Shown here: positions 24,687 to 37,818 of the stretch, one piece after another | Layout of the letters: each line of letters opens with the position of its first letter | How positions within the stretch are numbered: the first letter of the stretch is position 1 | Assembly: GCA_016906335.1 (NCBI GenBank) | Contig: JADEYG010000001.1 | Coordinates: 620,001 to 684,000, forward strand | From: Novakomyces olei | Lineage: Eukaryota | Direction: 5' to 3' | Length of the DNA stretch: 64,000 nt | Made by a program: the position numbers and the translations under genes | The notes under the pieces: model-generated | Seen by the model: the letters and a program-made list of their open reading frames with translations, nothing else | What the model was told of the DNA's origin: nothing | The model's database searches: none

Positions 24687-25309
24687 GATTACTGATTCAG
24701 TAGTGGGGATGCTTTGTTATATACGCCGACAAACTGAGGCTCGATCGGAGTTTGGACTGTATATAAAGTCAAGTGCTGCGAGTCTTGTCCGCTTTATCTG
24801 GAGGTTTGTCGATCTGCAAATCTTGCGCTGGCGCGGATACTCTATACGTTTACGTCTGTCCGGTTTGGGCAAAAGATTCTTTTTGATTCTTTCTGATGCT
24901 TGCGTCCCTTTACCAATCGGCACTTGTGCCTATTGAACGCCGAAACCTATGTCAATAGAGCCGGAGACGATGAGATGGATGGTGTTGTTAATCAGTCAAG
25001 GCTGATAAACGGCTTTAATTGATATCTCTATGGGCTCTGCATGGCACAACGCTTTACTCGTGATGACTGCATTCTGAAATGCATTGCAGTTGGGACTGTA
25101 ATGCAGCCAATCCCGCGTCGTTTCACACGGCACGGAAATGTCTATCGTACATTTTCTTGGACACTAGAGACTTTGGCTGGGATGTCTGACTGTATAGTGA
25201 TTGTGTAGTATGAATTAGCGTCTTTGTGTATATTGTAGATGTTTAATCTACTGAACGGTTATGATAGTGTTTAATCGCTGGTCGCTACTAGAGACTGTAT
25301 ATTGCTTTT

Positions 25310-25330
25310 TTTATTTATTATTTATTATTT

Positions 25331-25402
<72 letters not shown>

Positions 25403-25403
25403 T
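25310..25403. repeat. (TTTA)n microsatellite
   Basis: Seen directly. Confidence 0.85.
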
Positions 25404-25523
25404 TCAATTCTCTTATTTTTCCATGTTGGGATTTCACTTTAAACTCAACAATTCCACCATAGTATATCAACCAACTATCGGAGCATTTAATTTACCATTT
25501 TCCAACGATCAGCGATGCGCTGA

Positions 25524-27106
25524 ATGCCTATCGACGGAGCGCTAGACACAGCGCAATTTGAGGTAACACTCTGCCTTATCGATATAGCTGACGTCAGTCT
25601 AAATTTGCCCGACTTGATCCGGCACTTATCGCGGCCGTCGTCAATGACGTCGGAGACGAAGAGAAGGCGACCGAGCTTTTACTCGCTTTGAACAATGAAA
25701 CAGACGACGCAGCAGTTCAGAGCGAGCGCGATTCAGAACGAGCGCTTCTAACTTCACTGCAAGAGTCTGAGCAGATTTACAAGCAGGCAGAGCCCAATGA
25801 CAATGGCGAGTCATTATTTGCCGACGCTGGGGACGATATTAATTTCCTTAAAGTCGCCTTCCCCACGCTGGCCAGGCACCGACTCGAGTCTGCGCTGGCC
25901 AAAAATGGGGGCAATGTGGAGGCCAGTGTAGACGATCTACTGAGTTTCCAAGTTATACACAGCGAGCGTAGAGCAAACAGCGAGGGAGCAGTAGACGCCT
26001 TTTTCATAGACAATGGCAATTATGTCAATTCGGGTCCGGGATCCGGTCGGAGACGGCCCGATAGCCGCCGTCGTCAGCGCAGGAAAAATGATAAAATTAG
26101 CGGGGCTGGAGGAGAGTATGCAGACGATGGATTTGGCTCTGCTCCGTCTTCGCAATGGGATCAAATGGCAGTGTTGTGTGATACTTTAGCCGAATGGTTC
26201 GGCCTTCCGGCTGCTAAAGTACAGTCTGCGTACCATGAACACGGAGGCAATTTGGCGGGTATGGTTAATGGGCTGGTTAGGCGTGTTTCAGTGCCGGCAG
26301 AAGCGCTGCACGACTTTCGCAGCCGGCCGGACTATGCCTCGTTTATGGATCAATTACAGAAATGTGCAGTCAATGTGGAAGAAGAATCTTTGGAAAAGAT
26401 TGGTGCCCTGAGCCACGGCGAAATTGACCGGGCACGGTTCATTGCCCGGTTAATGCCGAGCCTGGCGCAGTTGATGCGGCAAGACGCAGAGTGCCAAAAC
26501 AATGAAAAAATTAACTCTAAACCCATAACTAACCCTAACCCTAATTCAAATATTGATGTCAACCCTAATATTACGAATAGTGCTAGTTCTTCCGGTGGCC
26601 ACGCGTCAGTACAAAAGGCTTCAGTCATGCGTGAGCTTGCACAAGACTATCGAGCACGGAGGGACATGGCCTACCGTAAAGCAGCTGCTGCCTTTCGTAC
26701 GCGCGAAGGGGGCGGAGCAATTGCTGCAGTTTATGCGCAACAGGGCCATGATTTAGATTTACGGATGAGACGATGGGACCAGCTGGCTGCACAGGCTTCT
26801 GCACTAAACAGTAGCTGGGTCCTCTCTAATGTTTATCATGTAGATTTACACGGGTTTACAGTCAAAGAAGCTTTGGCAATTGCGCGAGAGAAGCTTTCGG
26901 CCTGGTGGGCTCGAGAAATGATTCACACTGATCCAGGGACCAAACAGGCCGTAAAGCCTCTAGTCATTGTCACGGGACGTGGTAGTAATAGTGCTAATGG
27001 CATTGCTAAACTCGAGCCGGCAATAGCCCGGCTTTTAGCCCAGCAACACTGGCTGCATACTCACGGTAATGGTGCTTTTACAGTCACGGGGTTGGGCAAT
27101 GGTTGA
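25524..27106 (+). CDS. CUE- and Smr-domain protein (Cue2-like no-go-decay endonuclease); intron 25563-25597
   Basis: CUE motifs FARLDPALIAAV and FLKVAFPTL...VEASVDDLL, DUF1771-like AYRKAAAAF, Smr VDLHGFTVKEA and IVTGRGSNS. Confidence 0.85.
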
Positions 27107-27218
27107 TTGGACGTGTAGCATTGTACATATGTTTTGTATTTTAATAAGATTTGTTTATATTACTATTGTAAGATTTCTAATATTGTAATGTTGTTGAACA
27201 TTTATTGATTTTATTAAT

Positions 27219-27249
<31 letters not shown>

Positions 27250-27367
27250 TTTCATATTTTCGTATTTACTATATATATCACTAGTACATCTCAACGCCAA
27301 AGCAAACAACTTTAATGTATATACCAAGCGCTAACTGAAACATCCCAAAATCTTAATCTTTATCTCA

Positions 27368-30300
27368 TCAAGGATTGGCAAGTCGCCCTGTTTGCATAGA
27401 GTATGCTTGCACCAAAATGTGTACGTCTCTCAGCACAATATGGCAAACGGTCTGTGAGAAGAAATTGGCGGCAAAGCTCATAAAGTTTTCTATACGAAAC
27501 TGCAGCTGAGCATTGATTTCGGTATCCCTGTCAACCTGCGTAGCAATTGCCTCCATTACTTGTGCACTAACAAAAAGCTGCTCTATCGCAGCCGGGTATG
27601 ATAGACGCGCCTGCGCGTCTGTTCCAGCTAGTAATCCAGCGTGCAGAGAACGTAGACGCTGTGGGCTGCTGTTAATGTATTGCGGATTTAACCCTTCTCC
27701 ACTATAGTTTTGATGCTGACTGGAAAAGGCATTATTGCCATGGCCATTGTTGCCACGTCGGCCGAGTCCCTTGAGCAGAAATTTCTTAAAGAACCCGTCG
27801 CCACGAGTGTTGTTGGTATTGTTATTAGTACTGCTGTAATTGTTATAATTATAATGAGCAGAATTAGCGGCAAGGCTGCCAGTATCATTCGGTCCTAGAG
27901 GACTGGTATGAATAGAAGAATCGCTGCTTTTTCTGCCTCTCGCAGTCGCCAGCTGCGACCAGGACTGCAGTTTCAGTTTACGCAAAAGTCTTTGCGAGAC
28001 TGTTTCCATTTTATGTCCAAACTCCTCCAGTTTACTGTGCAAGTCACGTAAATCTCCACGTGAGTAAGCAGTAATAATGTTCAGTGCACTGGTGAGTGTG
28101 TGAAAGGCTTCTACTTTTGCCTCCAAATCGTTCAGAGTAGAGGAACAAAGGCTCCATGCTTCAGACGGCAGGAAAAGCCGGCGAGTTAGATAAGCTCCAC
28201 GCAGGGCCCCGGGAGTGTTTGCCGTTGCAGCTGCCACGGATCCTGGGTGCATTGATTTAAGGATTAAGCGCATAAACTGGTAAACCCTGACCGACGGGTC
28301 CGAGGCAGCTGTGGCGAGAGCAGAGGCAGACTTCTCCTGAATAAAAGAGCCCGAGAAAGGTGGGGGTTCAGCGAAAAAGTCGTACTGGTCTGCCGGGTAA
28401 AAGTTGCCCAACCCGTCGAACAATGTACTGCCATCGGACGAAGTGGTAGTATAACTCGCGTCCCGCGTCAGTGTATACTCTTCCGAGGCAAATCGGCTTC
28501 TTTGTCCGGGCGAACCAGTCGCAGAGCCATTAACAGAGGCAAAACAAGGCGGTGTTCGTAATGCAAAGGAGGGGGACGCTGTAGCGAGAGACACAATGGA
28601 ATTGCGAACCTGTCGTTGTGGTGTTTGTAACGGGTTCGAATCCGGCTTTTGTTCCGGATTTCTCTCCGCGATCGCGGCTGCTGTTGCCGGTCTCCAGTCC
28701 GGATGGGAGTTGCGATCGGATCTGCCTTCCGGTGTGGTGTATACGCTTTTTATGTGTGCATTACTTTCATTTTGCCTGTCAAACACTGTACTCTCTCCTC
28801 GGGCTTTACTCCGGGGCGAGGGCGAAGGCGGATCGCCTTCCGACCCGGAAGGAAGAGCCGGTGGAAGTGTCGATGGAGGCGCTCGTGATCCCTTTCCACG
28901 CATTGGCGACTTTGCGCCTGCTATTACTTGAGCAGGCTCCTGGCCAAAGGCAAGTTGGGCGTTTTTGGCGGCCATTTCTTGCTCCCTCGTCAGCTCTTCT
29001 TTCCAGTCAAAAAGAGACGCCGAAGGTGATCCCGTTAAGAGGCCCATACTCGTTTGCGGCCGAGGTGGTGGCGGTACTCGTAATGTGTCCAGTTTGCTTG
29101 GGCGTTGAGACGTTGCAACATTCGCGTCTGTAGAAGCCAAACTGCCCGACCGCTCGTGCCTTGAACCAAGACTCGTAGCCCGTCCAGCCTCAATGCCGGG
29201 CTGTAAACTGCCGTCCAAATTGCTATCACTCCGGTAGCCTTTCAGTAATTCGATGCGATCAGCATAAGTCTTGTACTGCGTCGGGTTAGAGCCGTTACAG
29301 ATGGCAAAGACGTTGGCGTTATGTGATAAACCGGAAACGTTTGGAACAAGAAAGAAAAGACAAAAGAATGCCAAAGCAAAACCACAAGCACAAGCACAAA
29401 AGAAATGAAATGAAGCGAGAACGGCAATACAAAAAAATGAAGGAGAGAAGAAGCAATAAAGGTTCGAAAAAAGACAGTTATCCAGCAATGGAGAAAGAAG
29501 AAATTAATGCTCGAACCAAACAAAAAGTGTAAAAGACACAGCGGATTGCAGAGTGTTATTGAACAGACAAAAACAACAATCGAGCAAAGGTTGACGGAAA
29601 AATAAATCGAACAGAATAGGCAGAGTAAATCCAAAAATTAAACTGTAAATTACATATAACGCTGAATCAAATTGAAAATGAACGACTCTTGCACCTACGA
29701 TCTTATGTATTTTCAATCTGTCCTCATTTTCGGCTGCGTTGGTGGCAATATCAAAGAGCAGTGCACACGCTTCTTCATACTGAACGGTAGCTAAAGTCGT
29801 CAGTTCTCGCCTTTGCAAAAGACAATGAAATAGCACGTGAATCGAGATAAATGTACAAGTAACATTAAAGCAAACTTAACCATAATGGTCGGTTTGCAAA
29901 ACCAATAAAGCTCGAATCTAAAAAAATAACAACAAGTAACATTGCATGCAATTTTGTAAAAACAAAGTAATACTGTAACAATATAAGCCGTTAACCGCAA
30001 TATACGCCAAAAGGGGTATACACAAGCACGGCAATAATAATAATAATGTAATAATAATGATTATAATAATAATAATGATTATAATAATAATAATGATTAT
30101 AATAATAATTATTATTATTACTATAACCGACGCCAAACAGGGGCAAAGTATTTGAGGTTCGATCGTTTACAAAACAGGTAAACGGCAAAGATACAGAGTG
30201 TGTTGAAAATAGAAAATCAAGCATTAAACGAACAGAACCCGCAAATGTTTCAAACTCCGTGTAAAGAGGCAAACAACACGCTGACGCGCTAAACTGTGAA

Positions 30301-30866
30301 CGACGGCAAGAGTCGTAATAACTGCAAATATACACAAGTAATGCAACTGGAAACTTTAGAGCCCGGGCTCGACAAAAACCAGTAAGGAAAAAGAACAAGT
30401 AACACAATGCACGCATGAAATTAAAAAGTGAGACATTTCGTACCGGCATTAAATTGATTAGCGGAGTCCAGGGCGACAGCAAAGCGCGCTTTACGAAGAG
30501 CCATTGTAAGCTTCTAGAGTTAGTATGAATAGTAAAAGCAGCCCAAATGATGTATAATTGACTAAATAATCAGTGCATAGATCATTGTTGCGATCTAGTG
30601 TAGATAGCGATCGTGATAGTGGTGGGGACCGAACGTTGATACTGGAGAAAACTTACCAAATCGCGGTAATTAGACTTCTTCTCAGTCGGCGCTCGAGACG
30701 ATTCATCGTGTTGAGCCTCTTCTTCAATGTCCATCAATGCGGGTTTGTCATGGTCGACGATATCATTCAGTGCGATTTGAGCATGTGAGCGCCTTAGAGG
30801 CGATATAAGGTTCGGCTGAGTAACAGTACACTCGGCCAGCGAGCCGTTGGCCACAGATGCTGCCAT
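27368..30866 (-). CDS. Fungal MIT-domain protein; exons approx. 30866-30655, 30511-30444, 29790-29699, 29275-27368
   Basis: The spliced product gives a MIT-like ALRKARFAVALDSANQFNAATVQYEEACALL...DRLKIHKIYKTYADRIELL; C-terminal GAYLTRRLFLPSEAW. The start codon is uncertain. Confidence 0.7.
30033..30120. repeat. (ATA)n/(ATAATAATAATGATT)n-type intronic microsatellite
   Basis: Seen directly within an intron of the MIT gene. Confidence 0.8.
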
Positions 30867-32017
30867 CAAAGCGTAATCTTATCGGCCGCCGCCGTTGTTG
30901 CCGTTGATCCAGATTTGCTCGCAGTCCGCGACGCTGAATGCCGAGCAGTCTTGAGCCTGTATAGACCACAATCTCTGGTGCTGTTGGAAAATTAGTAATA
31001 ATTATACTTTGGTAGTGATTAAAGAAAAATAATAGATGCAGGTCTTACGGGAAGCCAGCAAACTAAACCCTAAATTTGTCCATCAGAGGAATAGACTTGT
31101 TTCGGATTTCAAGTATTTGTCGGTTAACAAGTAACTGTTCCTGCAATCACATAATGCTGCTTCGTGAACCGTTTCTTTGCCGGTTTATAGTAAGTAGCGA
31201 TACTGAGCCGTACAAATCTACTTAGAGCTAAAATGAAAAAAGCAGATATTAGAAAGGTGAAAGCCGCGCCCGTTCATTAATGAAATGGAAGTACTATAAT
31301 GATGGCGCACGAGACAGTGTGTCTATTTGGAATCAAAATTGAGCCACAAACCGTCAAATTTCTAAATAAACAACATTACCTGAGGAGGCGGAGACGTTAT
31401 ATAAGTATAAATAAGATTAGTAAGTCGGTTAAATTGGGCTAAAGTAACGCTGCGTGCCGCACCGGGAGTCCGGTTGGGGTGCAGTAAACGAAAAAGTTTG
31501 AAAGATTAGCGGACTAGTTTGCGCGAAATCCTTTCATACTACTATAGAATTTGGAGTCGCCGAGACGACGGCAATTAAGACTTTAGTGATAGTGGGGACA
31601 TACGAAAAATCAGCCCTGTCAGCAATGCTCGGGAGTCTATATACTGATATACGCACTCAAAGAGCTTTGGAATTGTATTCAATTATAAGAAGCGCGGTGT
31701 GGTGCATGACGCGATCACATCGTGCCTTTAAAACAAAATATGAAAAGCAACAAATAATTTGAAGATCTTAAGATTAAACCTCAAATAAAAGAGTAAGCAA
31801 ATTGGAAGAAGGGTGATTAAAAGAGCGACTAGAAGTTTTAAGTTGTAAAGTAAAATGAACAAATGATTTAATCATTTGGAAGCCCGTTCGGTACGAAAAA
31901 GTTGGAAAATGGGAAGGTTAAAGCATCAAAGTGTCCTTCACCACCTATCTGTTAGCCTTGAAACCAGTTAATTTCTCCGCGTCCAACGATCGTTAGGCTT
32001 CATCGGAGACTCTTCAA

Positions 32018-33118
32018 TCAATTATTCGAAGCACGATCTCGTTCAATAATTTCTTCTGGGGTTAGGCCCGTGGTACGGCGGGGCGGTTTTGGTGCCGAGG
32101 GCTTGATATGAGGGCGAGGCACGTCGTATTGAGGAGCAGGATTGTATTGAGGAGTAGGATTGTATTGATAAAGAGGATTGTGTTGAGAAGTAGGATTGTA
32201 TTGAGTAGGATTGCCAGGCACATCGTATTGGTTAGACGTACCAGGCACATCGTATTGGTTAGACGTACCTTGCCCTCTGCCAATGGTCTCATAAAAGTGA
32301 TTCAAAGCAGCAGCAGCTTCTAAATCTAGTGTAGGAATGGGCTGGTTTGGATTCGGCATATTTACGTGCTTGCCCGGCTTGCTAGGTTTGTTGTATTTGC
32401 CTTTCTTTCCAGGCTTTCCATATCTCCCCGGTGGAGGAGAACTTGGCCTAGAGGCAGAAGGAATCGGCGGGAGCGGTCGACGGTTATTAGGGTTCGATAG
32501 CGGATTTTGGTTATAAGGATACGGAAGGGCTCTAGCGTAATGCCGGTTCCCCTTTTTATTTTGCGCAACTTCTTCCTGGTCTTGGTCTTCCGAAAGCTTG
32601 TAAAGTGCATCTGTTATGGCCTCGTTGCCCTGTCTGAGGTCTTCAAATTGCGGGTATAGAAGATCCGCAACTGATTGAGCAACTGCAGCGGTGTTTTGAG
32701 TTTGTCGAACATTGTTAATTGCGCCAAGTATACCACCGTTTCCGTCGGATCCAGTAATACCATTAATAACGGCCTCCTTCACTCCCCCGTTGCCTCTATT
32801 AGGTTTCCCTCTCGATGGTCTTCCTCTCAAAATTGAAAATCTCGATGTCTTTTCTCGACTCGGGTTTCGAGATTGCCCATTCGAGGGCTTGCTGCCCTTA
32901 CCACGCCCGCTGAATAATCCACGTTTTACAAGGATCTCTCCACCGTCTGGCTGAACCAGTCTTTTGGCATCGCCTACAGAGATCGGACTCTCGTCAGCCC
33001 AAACGCTGGCCTGCTCTGAGGCAGAGATTTCATCACTGGGAATGGTTTCAGGTGTGGGTGCTGCTGATACCAGGCATCGGGAGACAGAGAGAGCAAGAAG
33101 GACCTTGTAGAGTTGCAT
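32018..33118 (-). CDS. Secreted orphan protein with signal peptide, Kex2-type KR site and Pro/Tyr-rich repeats
   Basis: MQLYKVLLALSVSRCLVSA|APTP, LVKR|GLF, RRPLPPIP, QYDVP x3, QYNP repeats; intronless; TATAAA about 55 nt upstream. Confidence 0.85.
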   Translation of the reverse strand: MQLYKVLLALSVSRCLVSAAPTPETIPSDEISASEQASVWADESPISVGDAKRLVQPDGGEILVKRGLFSGRGKGSKPSNGQSRNPSREKTSRFSILRGRPSRGKPNRGNGGVKEAVINGITGSDGNGGILGAINNVRQTQNTAAVAQSVADLLYPQFEDLRQGNEAITDALYKLSEDQDQEEVAQNKKGNRHYARALPYPYNQNPLSNPNNRRPLPPIPSASRPSSPPPGRYGKPGKKGKYNKPSKPGKHVNMPNPNQPIPTLDLEAAAALNHFYETIGRGQGTSNQYDVPGTSNQYDVPGNPTQYNPTSQHNPLYQYNPTPQYNPAPQYDVPRPHIKPSAPKPPRRTTGLTPEEIIERDRASNN

Positions 33119-33606
33119 ATTGAACTCGTTCAATAGGATACACTGACATGATGAGGCCAAAAGCGTTGGCTTTATATGCTTCCATGGTTCGGTGGTTCGA
33201 GGGCACTGGAGGCATGGGCCTTACGGTTAATGGCCAGGAAAGTCACGACGGCCAGTTAATAACCCAGCCCGCCTAGCTGTTCGCGCCGGAGGTTTTCAAG
33301 AGAGGAGTGGGGTCTCATTGTTTCACTCGGATTCAAGGCACAAGCTAAGACTGGGGCTAATTCGCAAAGGGTTACGCGTAACCTTAGACGCTGGGAGTGC
33401 TCAAAGTTGCGCTTGTGCAATATTATTTGCAGACAAGATCAGATAAGATTGATTGATTATATTATATTATATTATATATTGTTCTGCGCTTAACAGCCTA
33501 ATAAGCATTCCATATTGTTACTTGAAAGCGTCTACTTTGTATGGGGTAAGACGATATCAATATTACACTGCCAAAATTGTGGGTAAACCGATCACGGCAG
33601 GAAAGG

Positions 33607-34418
33607 CTAAAAGGCAAGAAGCGCTGAAAATACTGCAAACCCGGTGACAATGGCAGCGATTGCGTAATATTGGCCGCTAGCGATGTAATTAGAACTACCT
33701 GCAGCAGCGTTTTTGTGTGTAGGTGCAGTATCAGTGCGCGTGGTTGTAACCGGATTAGTTGGGTTTGCTGCGGGGTTAGTGCCTGAAGACTTTGTGGTTG
33801 TGTTAGTGCGCTCGCTGTGCGTCGTACTTGTTGAAGTCAATTTTACTCTGAGGATATAATTAATCGACACTTGCTGAAGAGGAAAAATGCCTGTCTCTGA
33901 TGCATTTGCCGGCAGAATGGGGACCAGTGCCTGTACGGGTATGGTGGACTCGTAGTCTGCTCGATTAGAATGGATAATGGAAATCAAAAACGCTTTTAGA
34001 ATAAAATGCTGAAAAGCCGGAAGCAAACGACGTTTTTAATGAAAGGTTAATGCCATCGTTAATTGAGTTGAGAATGAATTGCGGCTTTTTTACCTCGCTC
34101 CACAGCAAACACTGCCCCGACAACAGTATCGTCGTGCGCGTTTACGAGCGAACCGGAAACCTCATTGGCATTTCGAAATTCGCGTTTCAAAATAATTGTG
34201 CCCTGTGTATCTTGCACTTGTCTGGTAACAGAAACTGTTGTCCCGGCAACCGAGAGTTTGATGGCTCGAATTTGGCATTCCGGGTTTGTATGCCATGCAA
34301 GCACATTTGCCTCAGTGTTGGACCAGGTACCGTTCTGTGTCAAGAGCTTGAGCTCACCACAGCTTGCACTGCACAGCGCTGTAAGCATGGCCATGGCCAG
34401 TAAGTATGGCAACTTCAT
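33607..34418 (-). CDS. Secreted Ser/Thr-rich, probably GPI-anchored surface protein (spliced)
   Basis: Signal peptide MKLPYLLAMAMLTALCSA, beta-rich N-domain, Thr-rich stalk, hydrophobic C-terminus YYAIAAIVTGFAVFSALLAF; donor GTAAAA near 34093. Exact internal splicing is uncertain. Confidence 0.7.
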
Positions 34419-37400
34419 TGTTGGCTTTCTATTGCGCAATGATATCGGTTTTTGAATGTCTACTTTTTATCTCTAACTTGTCCCTTGTCTTTATAAACTG
34501 GCGGGGCACTTGTATCTTGTGTCAGTAAATAATTGTGAGTCTTTTCGGCGGACTCAAGGTCCCGTCGTTTGTGAATTGTACATACGGCATGACGGCTTTC
34601 ACTAGAGCATTACTGTATCAAGCAGATATCTGGGAACTTTGTAATTAAAGAATTTAATTTTTTTGGTTAAACACTGTAATTAATTATTACATTGAATTAG
34701 CAATTACATTGTGTAGTATGGATTATAGCCATTATAACGGTTTTCTATTTCTATTGTATCGGCTTTCGTCGTTCATCATTTGACCTTTTCCCCTATTCGT
34801 CTTAATTCACTTAATCATTTATTTTGTCGTGCTGTGGAATTGGCACCTTTGAGGCGATGCATTTGTTTCTTAGTAGTATATACGACTATAAGCCTTTGAT
34901 ATTCGACAATGTTCAATCTATTTCATAACGATGTATAGCAATGTACCTGAATATTTGCATTCATCATAATATATAGATTATCATAGCTCACTTTTAATAA
35001 TTGAAGATAAATATTCAGATCTACCCAAGACAAGGGTGCACTATTTCTCACGCAATCTTGGTAAAGCTTATTATTAACGTTGTTCTCTTCTCCCACACTA
35101 AGCATCGATATCTCAAGCATTCTCGACGAGACCGCAGTACCGACAAGCGGGCCGCGCTCGTACATTTTGACTTTTCTAGATTGGAGAGGGCCAGAGTCTA
35201 TCGATTAAATGAAGGATGAGACTCTGTAAATTAATATAGCACCAAAATGCTGTGAGGCCAGAAAACATGTATAAATATAAGTCCGATTACAATAACGTCA
35301 TAAGCAAAGCGCAAATTCTTAAGGTGCCATTTGCTCGATTCTAGAGAATAGCGGATTATACGAGAATAATCAATAATGTTTTATTTTAAATTCGGCTCAG
35401 AATATATTTCAGGCACGCTTCATTCGAGTCCGAATTTATGCGAAATTTAGCGAAATGGACAACAATTGTTTAATTAAATGTTTGTGATTTGATAAATTAT
35501 CAGATTTTTGCTATTATGAAGGGTGCACCGTAGAAGGGTTTTCACTGATTCATTGTCTGCAAATTCATTATTTTGACTCTGTTTCTCTATTATTTTGGAA
35601 AATATGTAGTCAAATTCATAATGTTGATATTTGAGACCAACGTACCCGTCGATCTTTATTCTTATAATATACAAACAGTGAAATTTGGTGCGCATAGTGT
35701 CGAAAAATTATACAAAGACTGAAATTAAAGATTTAGGAAGAGTAGGATGGCAATCCGCATTGCTCTGTTATCTGCCAAAATGAGTTGACGATTATTGAAT
35801 ATAATTTACGAGCTTCTCGGTTATATTATAATTATTTATTTACTTTTCATGTGCAAATTATATTAGTCTATCTCGTGTTGTTTGCTGCCTTACACAATTC
35901 TCGTGTTTATTTTGCTATTAATTTTCAATATGTTAATTTACCATTAAATTAGATTATTATTATATTATTATTATTATTATATTTATTTATTTTTATTATT
36001 ATTATAAAAATTGTTATTATTACTGGGAAATCGACCGATTAGATAACCAATTAGATATAAACTAGAAATTTGGTAGAATAAACAGTGTTTACGAGTGAAC
36101 GCGCACGCGAATCTCCCAAGAGAAAGGCACGTCAATATCTCCTATTCGCGGGAATTGGACGGTCAATTTGATTTCTTTCGGCGGTCTGGTAGACTGAAAT
36201 TTCCCGTTTGCGCGTCATACTCCTTGACTTACCTGAAGTTTCTTGAAATACTTATTCTCCGTGGTCTGGTGTTCCATCTGAATTCTTTAGCCGAATTTCG
36301 CACCTGCATAGCAATACGTCCTCCAAGTGCTCAATATAACTGTTTTATTTCTTGTTTGAACATTAATTCAATTTGGGTGAAATGAGATTTTGATCGGACG
36401 GTCGGTGTATGCATCTTAAATTTAATACATAAAACAGCTAACGGGTGACTAAAAGCTTTCAAAACCAAAGGGAAATCTTGACTGGAAAACTACGGAGAGA
36501 GATATTTATCAACTTTTTATTATCTTATCGCAGGAAGCAAAAGGGTACTTGTTGCCGTCGAGTCTTTAAGACTATTGGCGCATTATCTAAATATCCCAAA
36601 AGAGCTTTAGCGGGATTAATCTGGATTTAAGACTTTATTTAGTGTGTACTTTCTCTTTTATTTGTTTTTGTTGACGCGAATAAACAAAAGGGGGGTGGAG
36701 GACTGAAAGCGCGACGTGCAATTTAATGAGCACTGATGTTGAAGCTGCACTCTCTGTCATACGAATTTCTATCACCAAAAGCTTTGGGCCCCGAAACAAT
36801 TTAAACTAGGAAATCTTTTCACGATTAAAGAAAGATCGCATTACTTCCCACAATTGCGCGACGAGTTTGGGGGACCTGGTAAGCCTACGGTTACCACGTT
36901 ACCGGGCGGCTACTCTAGAACAATTCAATTCTATCTTTGCGATTTCGAAAACTTTACATCCCTAGAATTGGATTCGTTCGTCTCCTTTTTACAGTGCTTT
37001 TGCGTTTGTTTGCTGGAATTGCGCGTCGAATATTTTGACGTGGCGAGACTTGAATCGCGCAAGTGCTGCGGGTGATATACGTTGATATCAGCTTCACTTT
37101 GGGCAGATAGATATATTTATTACTGTTCAGCCCTATTATAACTCGACTTTTTGTTGTTGTTTTTTTTTTTTTGAAATATTTTGCCTTTTGATGCAAATAA
37201 TTCTGCATACTCCAGTCATTTAACTTGCATAATTTCGCGGCATTTGAGCTATTTCGTCTCGGTTGCATATCAGGCTACAAACTGCGTGTTTCTCAATTGA
37301 CTAAAGGTATTCTACTCTCCTATTTTGCCATTGAGCGATTTTCGTATCGCGCAAAGATGTCACTTGCAGCTCTTCAATTTCATTACCATTGCATTCGTTT

Positions 37401-37818
37401 CTGTGTATAAAGGATTACGCATTCATTCATTCATCCTATATACACTTTAATGCTTGTTTGTATTGGTGTCATTTACTAATCGGCCAGCTTTTTTCGATAA
37501 CCAATTGTTATTGTTTTATTAATTTTGAATCTATCTGCGACTACTTGTATCATGAAAGGCATGGAGGCTCCCAGTCTTTGAGGAGAGAGGGCGAGCACAG
37601 GTACACGCAAGTTTTGCCAGACTACAGCTTACCGGAGGGCAAAAGACTTCGTACATTTGCTTTCGCGTTTTGTTTTGTTTTCCGGATTTGCCCAAGTGTA
37701 AAATTGATACCCCCTTTCCCGCCATTATTGCCGTTGACCTTTGAATTCATATCTTTTTCTGCTTGTTTATCGTTAACAAATCTGTTATCATTACTGGTAC
37801 TCCAATATTATTCTTATC

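Noticed and set aside
25061-25190. Possible C/D snoRNA (GTGATGA...GGATGTCTGA, U14-like end)
   Set aside because: The U14 domain A and B antisense elements do not match and there is no clear terminal stem; an Rfam scan would be needed
31450-31484. GC-rich hairpin (ACCGG-GAGT-CCGGT core) as part of an ncRNA
   Set aside because: No tRNA, snRNA, SRP or RNase P/MRP signature recognised around it
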